Positions 47,132 to 58,392 of a stretch of DNA of 64,000 nt are shown piece by piece; positions within the stretch are counted from its first letter, which is position 1; the number at the start of each line of letters is the position of its first letter. Source of the DNA: Azolla caroliniana (Eukaryota > Plantae > Polypodiophyta); NCBI GenBank assembly GCA_043228905.1, contig JBHGNT010000003.1, positions 992,001 through 1,056,000 on the forward strand, read 5' to 3'. A program made the position numbers and the translations under genes. The notes below the pieces were generated by a model that saw nothing but the letters and a program-made list of their open reading frames with translations, was not told the origin of the DNA and ran no database searches.

Positions 47132-49217
47132 CCGTGCAGGAAGGTAAGGTTCCCGATTTGTGCAAGCCCCCAGCTCAATCCCTCATCATCTGAATCTCCT
47201 TACTTTGTTAAAGTGGCAATGATGATTACATATGTGTGTGAGACTTCTTGCCTATACAAAGAACTTAAGGTTTCACCCAAAAAAAAAAGCAGGAAATGGA
47301 AGGGGAATCAAGTGCAGCAAGGCAAAAGAAAGAAAGAAAATTAGAAGGAAGGCCAAAAAGGAAGAGATCACACTCTAAGAAAAGGAAGATAAAGATGGAA
47401 AGTTTTAACAATTACTATAATTTGCAATCCTCAGTTGCAGCTTAGTATTGGCACTCTTTTAGTAGATGGTGGCTTAAGTTTAACAATTACTATAATTTAC
47501 ACTCCTCAGTTGATTAGTAGATGGTAGCTTAAGTTCCACAATTATAATAATTTACAATCCTCAGTTGATTAGTATTGGCACCCTTATAGTAGATGGTAGC
47601 TAATTTACAATCCTCAGTTGATTAGTATTAGCACTCTTATAGTAGATGGTAGCTTGCCTCGGCCCGTTTCAATGTATGTATCTGATTCCAATTCCCATTT
47701 CCTTAATTCGGTTTCACTAGACAACAGTCATTCAATTTGTACTTTGTATTTTTGTATGTTGACTCATTTCACTAAATACAAAATATCACTAGAGAATGGA
47801 GGATCATGCTTGTTATTTATCTATGAAGATGAATAATGTCATAATTTCAAACCATAAACAGTGTGAATCCAAGCTGATTCCATACGAAGTTTTTGAATTT
47901 TTTTGCTTCTTTGTAGCTGTGCAAACATGAATCATCGGAGGCTTTTGAGCCATGTCCGATACTAGGATGCAAACATTTAGATGATTATAGCAGGATGATT
48001 TGGGTGTATTTCCACAAAGAAAAAGATTGCAGGCCTTGGTTAAAAGGTTAAATATAATGTAGCATCATCTAGTTGAAAAGGAATTTTGACCTAACGGTGG
48101 AAATCATGTAGCATTAGGAGGAATTTATGTGAAGTTTCATGACTATGTATACTCTTCAACATCAAAATCATTGTTACTAGTGTTGGGATTACATCTCAGT
48201 TCAATGGCTGATATAATCAGACAACAACTTAACATCCTATGACAAGATACAGAAAAGTTAATGGACTAAGTACTGTTCGGAGATTCAACCAATAACACAA
48301 GAGATGTGATGTTATTATGTACAGCTATATGTACAAGATGGTGTACCAAGAGTTCTCACTTGACACATATTTCTCCAAGTTCATATTGATATTAATTCTG
48401 GTTGAATTTAGATCATTGCTATATATTACACATATTATATTACCTCATATATACACAAAGGGGTATTCATGACATTTTGTCTGATATATGAGAATTGAAT
48501 TACTAAGGAGGCTTCATTATATGGATGTGAAGACACAGTCTGCATATTGTAGAAAAACACGAGGAACAACCTTTGACATTGAAATGATGAATGGTGGACA
48601 ATATTGTGTCCATATTCAATCTTTCAGTTGAGGGCATCACAATTATTTGCCCACATTTAAGTCTTGACTGGAATGCCAATTTGACATAGTCATGCAATAT
48701 ATTGTATGGTGTCACTTTCCTTGACTAATTCTGAGATACTATATGAAGGTCAGAACAAAAGTTTTGATATCAATCATGATGGATGGTATATTATGATCGG
48801 TATATAGCACATACCAACGCATAGACAAAGGGGAATATATGTGGTGCATATGAGGATCTGAGCTTGTCAGATGTTGAAATTATGAATGATTATAGACAAT
48901 TATAAATTTATTGTGTGGATCAGTGGTTGACTTGTTTGTTTGAAGCATTGCAGTTTGCAGTTATTTGGCCACATTGATATAGTCATACAATATTGTATGA
49001 TTTCACTTGTCTTGACCTTTTATGCATGATGATGGGGTCCAATTAACTAACATCAAGAATGTGGTTACTAGGAAATATTAAGGTAGTGATTAAGGATTTG
49101 ACAATGAAACTGAATTTGGGACTGATAAGACAATACTTGGTTTACACATTGGCTGCACGTTAATTCATGTCAGGTTTCTCGAAATCGATTGTTTCTGCTC
49201 CTCCAAGCCTCAGTCAT

Positions 49218-49297
49218 ATGAGACAGGGCAAGGACAACTTTACATGTCTCAAGGGCATGTCAACCATGGATTATTATTATAGCAACCCTCAACTTTG
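49218..49297 (+). CDS. Exon 1 of a tandem paralog of the lipase-like gene (no exon 2 found in the window; gene fragment or gene with a TE-filled intron)
   Basis: Encodes MRQGKDNFTCLKGMSTMDYYYSNPQL(W) with the same phase-2 donor (TTTG|gttagt). Upstream 48540-49200 resembles 44880-46050. Confidence 0.65.
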
Positions 49298-49423
49298 GTT
49301 AGTTCATGATTAATCCATTATTCGCTCATAATTAGTTATCTGAATCCCACCCATTCATCTATGGATTATAATTATTGTCATTCAATAACGTCAAACATAT
49401 TATTAAGGATTTGTAAAACACAA

Positions 49424-49620
49424 AACCTTAAGATCTTGAAGCACAACTATAGAAAAGACCTTAAGATCCTGAAGCACAACTATGGAAAAGACCTTAAGTT
49501 CGTAAAACACAACTATGGAAAAGACCTTAAGATCATAAAGCACAACTATGGAAAAGACCTTAAGACCCTACCCTATACATACAAGACCTTTAGATCCAAA
49601 AGCACAACTATGGAAAAAGA
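49424..49620. repeat. 33-bp tandem array (~6 copies)
   Basis: Unit approximately aaaagaccttaagatcntgaagcacaactatgg. Confidence 0.88.
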
Positions 49621-50186
49621 AAATGTTGTTGTAAGGCCATGACACTCAACAATATTAAGGAGAAGAACACACATATTGATCAAGCAATAACACCAAAGAT
49701 CATAGATTTATTGATCAAGCATAAAGACTTCTCTCTCATTTTCTCACTCCATGAATGACCATCCACATGGCCCAACTAGCCTTTCTCTATAATATCCTAT
49801 TTACATCATGAACCTCGCACCAAAGGCTATGTCGCTTCTAGGTGCATTTCACCAAGGAGACATCTTTCCTAGAGTCGAAGTTCTACATCCTTACCAAGGA
49901 AGCATCTGGAATCGAATCATCATTCACCCATTTGTTTGTAAAATGGGCAAGGGTGGCTATCAATCACTCTCTCGCTATTGACACTTGTATATGATGACCT
50001 AACTAGTGAACTCTTCCTCTCCTCTCCTAAAAACTTGTGAAGTTATACATAGCTAAAATGTGGCTTAATCATTCTACCTAGTTTGTTAACCATAAACAAG
50101 GCGCAATGAATGAGCAAATCACACCTCAATTAGTTAGCACAAACCACAGATCAAACACAGAAAGAAACACCAACCTCATGAAAAGT

Positions 50187-50561
50187 GAGAGAGAGAGAGA
50201 GATTATATTATCGTCTTGGAGGTCAAATATGACCTATGAGACCCAAAAATATTACATTTCACGTGATACGTGTGAAAGTGAGTAGTGACTCTCGATGTTC
50301 AAGAACTTTACAAATGAATGTTGCAATCGGGAGTGCGCATTGTGGTTGTGAGAGGAATTCATGCAAGGATTGGGCTCGATCGAAGAGATGTGGAAAACAT
50401 GGTCGAATATGATCAAAGGCAGAGCATTGCATCAAAGTGTGATACTCAGACTCGCGAACTTGTTTAGGGCAAAGTGTGCATAGCCGACCGCTCTCATCAC
50501 TTGTGCCCCAACACCCTGTCTCACATCGCAATGCATGTAAGCTAAGTCGTTGGGGCACAAG

Positions 50562-50570
<9 letters not shown>
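50187..50570 (-). mobile_element. Short 3' fragment of a second RTE-X-like LINE family (family B) with (TC)n tail
   Basis: ORF 50259-50558 LSLHALRCETG.W...RLCTLC...ESEYHTLMQCSAFDHIR is the C-terminal CCHC region of a LINE ORF2. A 3' motif and (GA)n on + lie at 50187-50240. Confidence 0.78.
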
Positions 50571-50617
<47 letters not shown>

Positions 50618-52516
50618 AAGAAAGAAAGAAAGAAAGATATATTAACGTCTTCTAAGGCCAAATTTGGCCCATGAGACAAATAGGTTACAACAAAAATGAG
50701 TGTTTATCCAATCATAAAACTAAAATAAAAGAAAATAGCTTAAGCTAAGAAAGTTCTAGTAGTGTACAAAACTTTGCACTAAGCCTAATCTCATTTCCAC
50801 CCAAGTCTCTCAAAAAGAAGTGGGAGTTCAAAAGTTTTTGGTGTGGGTGTGACCCATGGTCTCGATGCATAGAGTGCCCTAGCCATGGCTTCTAGGCGGT
50901 GTAGTTCATGTTCCCTTATTTTCTTTATTGCTTCTACATCTCGTCGAGTTGCTTTGAAACCCGGCATCCGAGGGCGTTTGGTTCTTCTTTGATTTTCTGC
51001 TTCATCAAGGAGAAGTCCGAGTGGTGCAGGTGTGTCGACATTCATTGTCTCCCCCTGTTTCTGAAAAACTTCATTTGTTATATGTTGGTAAACATTAGCA
51101 ACATTATTATCAACGTTTTGTAATTTATTCTCTCTGTGTGGTTTCAATTCTAAGATATATCTACCTAATTTCTTTATATCTAGTGTATCTAATAGTTTAG
51201 GGAGGGTGGGAGAGGAACCAAGTATGTCTTGGTATTTTGCCCTTATCTCGGCATAGGTGGGGCATTTGCATGTAAAATGGTACTTATCCTCTATTTCTAT
51301 GTGGCATAACCTACATATCCTTTCCTCCCTAGGAACTCCATTAGTACGTCCATTCTCAATCTCAAGTTGGTGAGATGATATTCTAAGTTGACCAATGGCA
51401 ACCCTTAGTGCATGTGGTAAGAATACATCTAGATATTTTGGGCACGTGATAAAACCTAACTCAGAGAAGTGCATAAAGTGTTCCTTATAGTACGACATTT
51501 TAGATGGGAGTGGCTCTAGTGGGGTGATCCATTTATACCGAGTATAAATTTTCCATATTTCTTGGCATATTACTTTATTACGGTCCTCATGAGAGATTAA
51601 AGTGTTATCAGTCGTGTGGTCGTACTTAAGGGGGGGGAGGTTAGTAATGTCTAGACCGTTGGCAAGAAGCCAACTCACCATCATGCCATACCATGAGCTA
51701 GTATAGCCGGACTCATACAGTGCTCGAGAAGCCTTAAAGGCTTGGTGGGATATTCTATCAAGTGGTTGGTTATGTATCATGTGTATAAAGACTACCAGTT
51801 GAAAAAGTGCTTCTACTAACATAGGGGGTAGAGTGAACTCAGCCCTAATAATGTCATGTGGGACCGACGATTTGCTTCGGAGTTGGCGTGATAACATCAT
51901 CACCAATGGTCTCTCTAATTGCGTCCACATGAAAGATGGTAGTCCTGGGGCCCAAATCGCTGATGTATACATGAGAGAGGGAGTCACTAATGAGTCAAAG
52001 AGCCACCCTTTAGTTCGTGGCTCTTGGAAGTATGCTTGGTGGCATTGTCTCTCGAGGAGTGAGAGGGATGCATGTTATTATAGATCTTGGTACTAACGTA
52101 AGCTTAAGATAAGGATAATGAAAAGATAGATAGAAAGGAGAAAGAGAAAGAAGGGTGCCGATCCACCCGACCACCCCCGAGCGAAGGGATCGAGACGGAC
52201 TCGAGCCTCGATCGGCGTCCCATACCACCGCCGTGGCGTCGAGTCGTACCTGGTGTTGGCGCGCTCGCTACAAGAGTTGACCCACCACACGAGCAGAGTC
52301 TCGATGTAGTCAAAAGATGATCAAATGAGGGTAGCTAGGCCTCTTATTTATAGCGATACCCAAGGCCCCCAGGCAAGTTCACACTTGACCTAATGGGTTG
52401 TCTCAATCCCGAGGATTAAAAGTAATCCTCCCCTTCTTTACACTCTCGTTTAACCCTCACACTTATCCACGTGTATAGAATACTACGGTAAATTCTTACC
52501 ACGGGATATTATATGG

Positions 52517-55500
52517 TCATGCCCGTAACATACTCCCCCTCTTTAAAACATTGCACTCTTGCAATGGAAAGTTAGGGAAGTTAGTTCTAAGAGTATTTTC
52601 GCGTTCCCATGTGGCATCTTTTATTGATTTATCCATCCATTTTATTTTAAATTCTCGGATTTCTTTAGTACGTAATTTTTTTGTTTTAACATCGAGAATT
52701 CTTTCTGGTACATGTGGTTTAGAAGATAATTCTTCAGAAGTAACTAGAGTTTCAGTCGTAACTGTATTGTCGCCAGAACCTAGAAGTTCTTTTAGACGAC
52801 TCACATGAAAGACTGGATGAATTCCGACACCATCGGGAAGAGCGAGACGATAGGCTGATGACCCAATTCGTTTGAGGACTGTAAAAGGTCCACAAAACCG
52901 TGGGGCTAACTTAGCGCACTTACCCGTAGACAATGTCTTAGAATTGTGAGGTACACGTAAAAATACCTTCTGTCTAGGGTTGAATACACGAGGTTGCCTA
53001 TGATGATTGGCATAAAAACGCGCTCTATCTTGAGCTGTTTTTATATTATCTCGTGCAATATGCAACATATCTTGCATATCCCGAAGAAAGTTTTGCGTAC
53101 TTCGCAACTCATCATGATGTATATTAACATCAATCGGGGCTCGTGGCTGAAAACCATACATCAACATAAAAGGACTATATCCCGTCGACGTATGCTTGGA
53201 GCTGTTATAAGCAAACTCCAAAATTGGGAGATAACGTTCCCATTTTGTTGGTTTTGCACCAACGTATGCTCGAAGCATGTCCTCAATAATTTGATTTACT
53301 CGTTCTGTCTGTCCATTGGATTGAGGATGATCCGTGGAGCTCATGCTCAACGTAGTTTCTAACTTCTTAAAGACTTGTGTCCAGAAGTCACTAGTAAACT
53401 TTGGATCTCGATCACTCACGATATCCATCGGTAACCCATAAAAACGAAACAATTCGTCAACAAATTGGTAAGCCAATTCAGGAGCTGTTACCGTGGTTTT
53501 AGTAGCAATAAATCTGGCCATTTTAGTTAGTCGATCAACGACAACCCAGATGGCATCATGACCTTTTTGGGTGCGAGGAAGGCTAACAATAAAATCCATG
53601 GATATACTTTCCCACTTATTATTGGGAATGTCCAAGGGATGTAAAAGTCCTGCGGCTTTAAGTCGCTCGGCTTTGTTAACCTGACACTGGTGACATTTAG
53701 TCACATAGCTATGTATGTCAGGACGCATCTTAGGCCAATAAAATTGAGTGGAGATGAGAACGAGTGTACGATGTATTCCAGGGTGCCCTGCTGAGGGTGC
53801 ATCATGGCATTCAAAAAGAATCCTCTTTTTGACCTCGGGTAAATGTGGAACACAAACCTTCCCATTACGGTAGAGCAAACCGTTAGCAATGTGGAAGTAT
53901 TCCTTCGAGGATGTGGTGGTGTCTGTTCCAGACTCAACTCTTGCCCAGTATTTTGCGAAATAACTGTCATCAGGATACTTTCCTCGAAGGTGATCATAAA
54001 GATCTGATGATATTGCAGTGAAGCTAAGCATGTTAATTTCACGGATGCGACTTAGTGCATCAGCGACAGTATTCATGGAACCTTTACGATATCGTATGGA
54101 AAAATCAAAGTCCTGGATGAGATCAGCCCATCGTGCCTTACGACCTTTCAGGTCTTGTTGGTCACAAAAATATTTCAAGGACTCGTGGTCCGTAGTTACC
54201 ACAAAGTGATTTCCATAAAGATAATGACGCCATGTTTTGAGCGCATGTATAACTGCAAATAATTCCTTTTCTTGAACGGTATACCGACATTGAGCAGAAT
54301 CAAGTTTCTTACTCTCGAATGCTATTGGTTTACCATCTTGATACAAGACAGCACCTATAGCATAATCGCTTGCATCGGTTTCAACCTCAAAAGGTTTTGA
54401 AGGATCAGGTAAAAGAAGTGAAGGAGCCTTGCAAACTAGGTCCTTGAGTTCCTTAAATGCAAGGTCTAGTGTAGCATTCCACACAATAGGTTTTGTAGAC
54501 TTACGCGTTTGACCTTTTAAAAGATCAGTAAACGGCATCGTCAATTGGGAGTAATTACGAAGAGACTTTCGCAAAAACCCCACAAAACCAAGGAATGATC
54601 GAACTTCTCGAATATTCCGAAGAGTGGGCCAAAGCTTGATTTTCTCAATGCGAGAAGGATCAATTTCAACTCCTCGTTCGGTTATGAGATGTCCTAGATA
54701 AGTAATTGATTTCTTGAAGAACCCACATTTTGAGATCTTCGCATAAAACTGTTTGTCACGCAATGTTTGTAAAACAAAGCGGACATGTCTAGCATGTTCT
54801 TGTAATGTACGGCTATAAACTAAAATATCATCCAAGAAAATAACGACAAATTTTCCAAGTTGTTCTCGGAAAATGTCATTCATTTCTTGTTGAAAAGTAG
54901 CCGGAGCATTGGTCAAACCAAAAGGCATAACCAAAAACTCGTAATGGCCATAGCGCGTACGAAATGCCGTTTTAGGAACATCGTCCTCACTTATTCGTAT
55001 TTGATGGTAGCCAGTACGGAGATCAAGTTTCGTAAAATACCGAGCTCCCTGGAGACGGTCAATTAGATCGTCAGCCCGGGGCAATGGATACGAATTCTTG
55101 ATCGTCACTTTATTCAAGCGTCGGTAATTAATACACATACGCCATGTGCCCTCTTTCTTTTTAACCAAGAGAACTGGTGCACCCCATGGAGATTTACTAT
55201 AACGTATATAACCCATTCGTAAATAGTCCTTGAGTTGCTTAGATACCTCATCTTCTTCGGATCGACTTAAGCGATACGGAGGTATACTTATTGGTGCAAC
55301 ACCAGGTACAATATCTATACGATGGTCTATATTACGTTTAGGAGGTAACCCATCAAGTAGTTCACTTGGAAAAACATCATGAAAATCATTTAAGATTTCA
55401 TCAAGTTGTTGTTGTTCAAAATATGTTAATTGAATCGGGACATTATCGATATTGTAAACGTGAATGTCCGGATCAAGTACACAATAAAATAACGTAGAAC

Positions 55501-56950
55501 AAGACAACTCGGATATTGATGGACACGAGGAAACAATCGAGAGGGATTGTTTTTTTACACATTGAATAAAATGCGTACAATCGTTCAGTACAAAAGAAAT
55601 GGAATGACGAACCCAATCAATAAATAAAGAAGAGTTTTTATTATAAAACCAGGGATAACCCAGTATTACATCGGTGGTACAAAGATTCATTACATGGAAG
55701 TCTACTTCCTCTATATAAGTATCAATAGAAATTCCTAATGAATGAATCGCCCCGTTGATGTATTGTACTCTTCCATCAGCCAAGTGCACCGTGTAGGTGT
55801 GATCACTTACGGTGGGTTGGATTCCCCATATCTGAACCAAACGATCATTCACAAAATTGTGTGAGCTTCCCGAATCAAATAAAAACTGTACGGGAGATCC
55901 ATTGATATACCCGTTTGCACGTAGTAAATCATTGGGACCCAATACATAGTGAGGGAAAGAACATTGACAATTACTTAAATGATGTGTATAGACCTGAAGG
56001 ACATTAGGAATCTGACCTTTATGGTCTGCAGCTTTAGCTTTGTTGTCATGCTCTTTCCGTTGGAGCTTTCGACATTGATCTTTTGTATGACCCTTCTTTT
56101 TGCAGAATACACAAAAAGGATGTTGTCGCTTACAATCGCGATCCAGGAATTCGTTGGGTGTCTTGCGTTTCCCAACAAATTGCGACTGCTTAGTCCCGGG
56201 CGCTTCGTTGGGTTTGTTATGGTCCTTCTTCGAAGTGCGTTGATAGCGAAGAACTATTTCAACGGCCTCTTCGAAGGATTTTGGATCCTTATCGTGCACT
56301 ATCCAGTGATAGTCCGAATTGGGGATGCCATTGACAAAACAAGCTATCAACCAATTGTCCCCTTCTAGACCCGATTTTTGGATTTGGGTTCTAGCATGGT
56401 GAACATAGTCTTCTAGCGAGGAAAATTTCCTGCTAGAGAGGTTCATTAAAGCTTGTGCTGCCTCGGTTCGAGAGGGAGGTTGTAGAAATTGGCCCTTAAA
56501 AACCGTGACAAAATCTGTCCAGGTATCAGGCAATTTCCCCATAGTACGGAGGCCACGCCACCAGGCGGCGGCCTTACCCCCGAGTTCTCGGCCGACATAT
56601 GCAATCTTTGTACTATCTGGCGTGGGATAGAGCTCAAAATGAGACTCCCATCGTCCCAGCCATGTGCAGATTGCTTCTTCAGTTCTTTCCTTTTTGTCTC
56701 CCGTAAATGGCTTAACGACAAATGATGGTTCACCTTGTCGCTCATCAGGTCTATTAGTCTCACGTTGTAGACTAATGACACGTGCCTCAAGAGCACTCTG
56801 AGATTGCCGAAGTTCGGTCATCTGTTGAGCAGTGAAACTAAGGTATTGGGTTATTTGTGCCAAATACATCTCAGTGGACATTTGTCCAGGAGGATTCCCT
56901 TGAGTTCCTTCCGCTTGAGCGGATGACATCGGGTCGTTAATTTGAGCCAT
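52517..56950 (-). CDS. Gag-pol polyprotein (gag, CCHC, protease, RT, RNase H, integrase, chromodomain), 1477 aa, uninterrupted
   Basis: [14 protein letters not shown]; [10 protein letters not shown]; [14 protein letters not shown] and FLDDILVYS; [13 protein letters not shown]; H..P..GH...C..C zinc finger; SMDFI / VSDRD / GQTER; GPF; chromodomain PERILD...FKIKW....DATWE. Confidence 0.97.
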   Translation of the reverse strand: MAQINDPMSSAQAEGTQGNPPGQMSTEMYLAQITQYLSFTAQQMTELRQSQSALEARVISLQRETNRPDERQGEPSFVVKPFTGDKKERTEEAICTWLGRWESHFELYPTPDSTKIAYVGRELGGKAAAWWRGLRTMGKLPDTWTDFVTVFKGQFLQPPSRTEAAQALMNLSSRKFSSLEDYVHHARTQIQKSGLEGDNWLIACFVNGIPNSDYHWIVHDKDPKSFEEAVEIVLRYQRTSKKDHNKPNEAPGTKQSQFVGKRKTPNEFLDRDCKRQHPFCVFCKKKGHTKDQCRKLQRKEHDNKAKAADHKGQIPNVLQVYTHHLSNCQCSFPHYVLGPNDLLRANGYINGSPVQFLFDSGSSHNFVNDRLVQIWGIQPTVSDHTYTVHLADGRVQYINGAIHSLGISIDTYIEEVDFHVMNLCTTDVILGYPWFYNKNSSLFIDWVRHSISFVLNDCTHFIQCVKKQSLSIVSSCPSISELSCSTLFYCVLDPDIHVYNIDNVPIQLTYFEQQQLDEILNDFHDVFPSELLDGLPPKRNIDHRIDIVPGVAPISIPPYRLSRSEEDEVSKQLKDYLRMGYIRYSKSPWGAPVLLVKKKEGTWRMCINYRRLNKVTIKNSYPLPRADDLIDRLQGARYFTKLDLRTGYHQIRISEDDVPKTAFRTRYGHYEFLVMPFGLTNAPATFQQEMNDIFREQLGKFVVIFLDDILVYSRTLQEHARHVRFVLQTLRDKQFYAKISKCGFFKKSITYLGHLITERGVEIDPSRIEKIKLWPTLRNIREVRSFLGFVGFLRKSLRNYSQLTMPFTDLLKGQTRKSTKPIVWNATLDLAFKELKDLVCKAPSLLLPDPSKPFEVETDASDYAIGAVLYQDGKPIAFESKKLDSAQCRYTVQEKELFAVIHALKTWRHYLYGNHFVVTTDHESLKYFCDQQDLKGRKARWADLIQDFDFSIRYRKGSMNTVADALSRIREINMLSFTAISSDLYDHLRGKYPDDSYFAKYWARVESGTDTTTSSKEYFHIANGLLYRNGKVCVPHLPEVKKRILFECHDAPSAGHPGIHRTLVLISTQFYWPKMRPDIHSYVTKCHQCQVNKAERLKAAGLLHPLDIPNNKWESISMDFIVSLPRTQKGHDAIWVVVDRLTKMARFIATKTTVTAPELAYQFVDELFRFYGLPMDIVSDRDPKFTSDFWTQVFKKLETTLSMSSTDHPQSNGQTERVNQIIEDMLRAYVGAKPTKWERYLPILEFAYNSSKHTSTGYSPFMLMYGFQPRAPIDVNIHHDELRSTQNFLRDMQDMLHIARDNIKTAQDRARFYANHHRQPRVFNPRQKVFLRVPHNSKTLSTGKCAKLAPRFCGPFTVLKRIGSSAYRLALPDGVGIHPVFHVSRLKELLGSGDNTVTTETLVTSEELSSKPHVPERILDVKTKKLRTKEIREFKIKWMDKSIKDATWERENTLRTNFPNFPLQECNVLKRGSMLRA

Positions 56951-58127
56951 TAAAGATTATTTCTGGAAAAGAAATAGGATAAGGTCAGAGATATAGTCAT
57001 AACATCATGTCGTGATGTAAACATATCATGGGCGAGCATTAATCGATATCATTATCTCACGTCAATAACCCTCTAGACGTATGAGATGAGGTTCAAGATC
57101 AGGTTACTATGGTAACACAAAGGTGTTTTAAAAACCATGGGGGTGACAAATAAATGTCTTTCCCTGATCTCTATATCGATTTTTTCATGGTGGCTCCCCG
57201 AGGCTCAACCATTTATGTTCGCGTCATGAATAGTTTATACACGAAAAAAATGTTAACAATAAACTATGTTTCGGTGCCCACATAAGTGGTTTCGGCTCTT
57301 TAAGTCCTATTACGAGGACCCCGAGGTGCACTTAGACCTTAAGTCTAAACATGTGTTATAGTCATATGTATCAAGGATGTTGTATGGTCTTTGTGATATT
57401 TGAACTCGAGACCTCGAGAACAAATACATTAAACACTTGAGCCAACCAAGTAAGTTGCTCTTCTCAAATGCTTAATGTTTGATGCGTATAAGAGATATGC
57501 GAGGCAATTGATCATATATGTTTTTTTAAAAGAACATATATGGCAAGGGTCCTTATTTCACCCTCATTTACCAAAACTATGTTGGTACGTTACCTAACCT
57601 CAAGTCTCGTAATTACGATGGCATATGCCAAAGGGCAACCTAATGGTCAAGCCAAATGAGCCCTTGTTTCGTAGTAGGCTCACGTGGGCCATCACATGGT
57701 CACGTCATTACGAATGCCTCTCGTAAGAACGAGCTCATGGTGGCATCGTATCCATGTAACGAGGGAGGGATGTTGGATACGTGCGTCATTGGAGCAACCT
57801 CACTTGAAGTGGGTCAAGCCCTACGTACTCAACATCATTTTGGCTATTCGCGTTTCTTTACGTAACGAAATCGAGGTCGTCAACGGGGTTATCAACAATA
57901 AAAAAATGTTGAAAAAGGGATGGTGACAACGCCATTCTCACAAAAATGCGAGGACGGCCACCAACATCCTTTTCCCGACCATGACAACTTTCGATATAAT
58001 CACGTAATAACGAATATACACATATGTTTACTTATCACATATATACGATCAAATACGTATATATGTGACCACATATGCCTATATTAAACATATCGTTATA
58101 GTAAATAGCCACAAATGATGTGATCGA

Positions 58128-58392
58128 GATACGTAATCGAGGTATATACCTCTACGCACACGAAACATCCACAAATAAGAGATCATCGTAATACGCAATG
58201 GAGGTATTGACCTCTTACGCATACGAGACCAAACGCATATCGTTTACAACAAATCAAGGTATTAAACTCATACGCAAACGTAACATATGTTCGTGAACGT
58301 AATACGTAATTGAGGTATTAACCTCGTACGCATACGACACTCATCACATATTATTAATATGTCAAACGAGGTATTGACCTCGTGCACATATG
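58128..58392. repeat. Five-unit hairpin repeat array (GAGGT-N4-ACCTC) in the chromovirus 5' leader
   Basis: Stem-loop cores start at ~58139, 58201, 58256, 58312 and 58368. Confidence 0.8.

Noticed and set aside
49361-49642. 93-aa ORF with KDLKILKHNYG repeats
   Set aside because: By-product of a 33-bp minisatellite in the intron or TE region.
58128-58392. CRISPR array interpretation of the repeat-spacer hairpins
   Set aside because: Repeats are degenerate, lie inside a eukaryotic LTR retrotransposon leader, and no cas genes are present.
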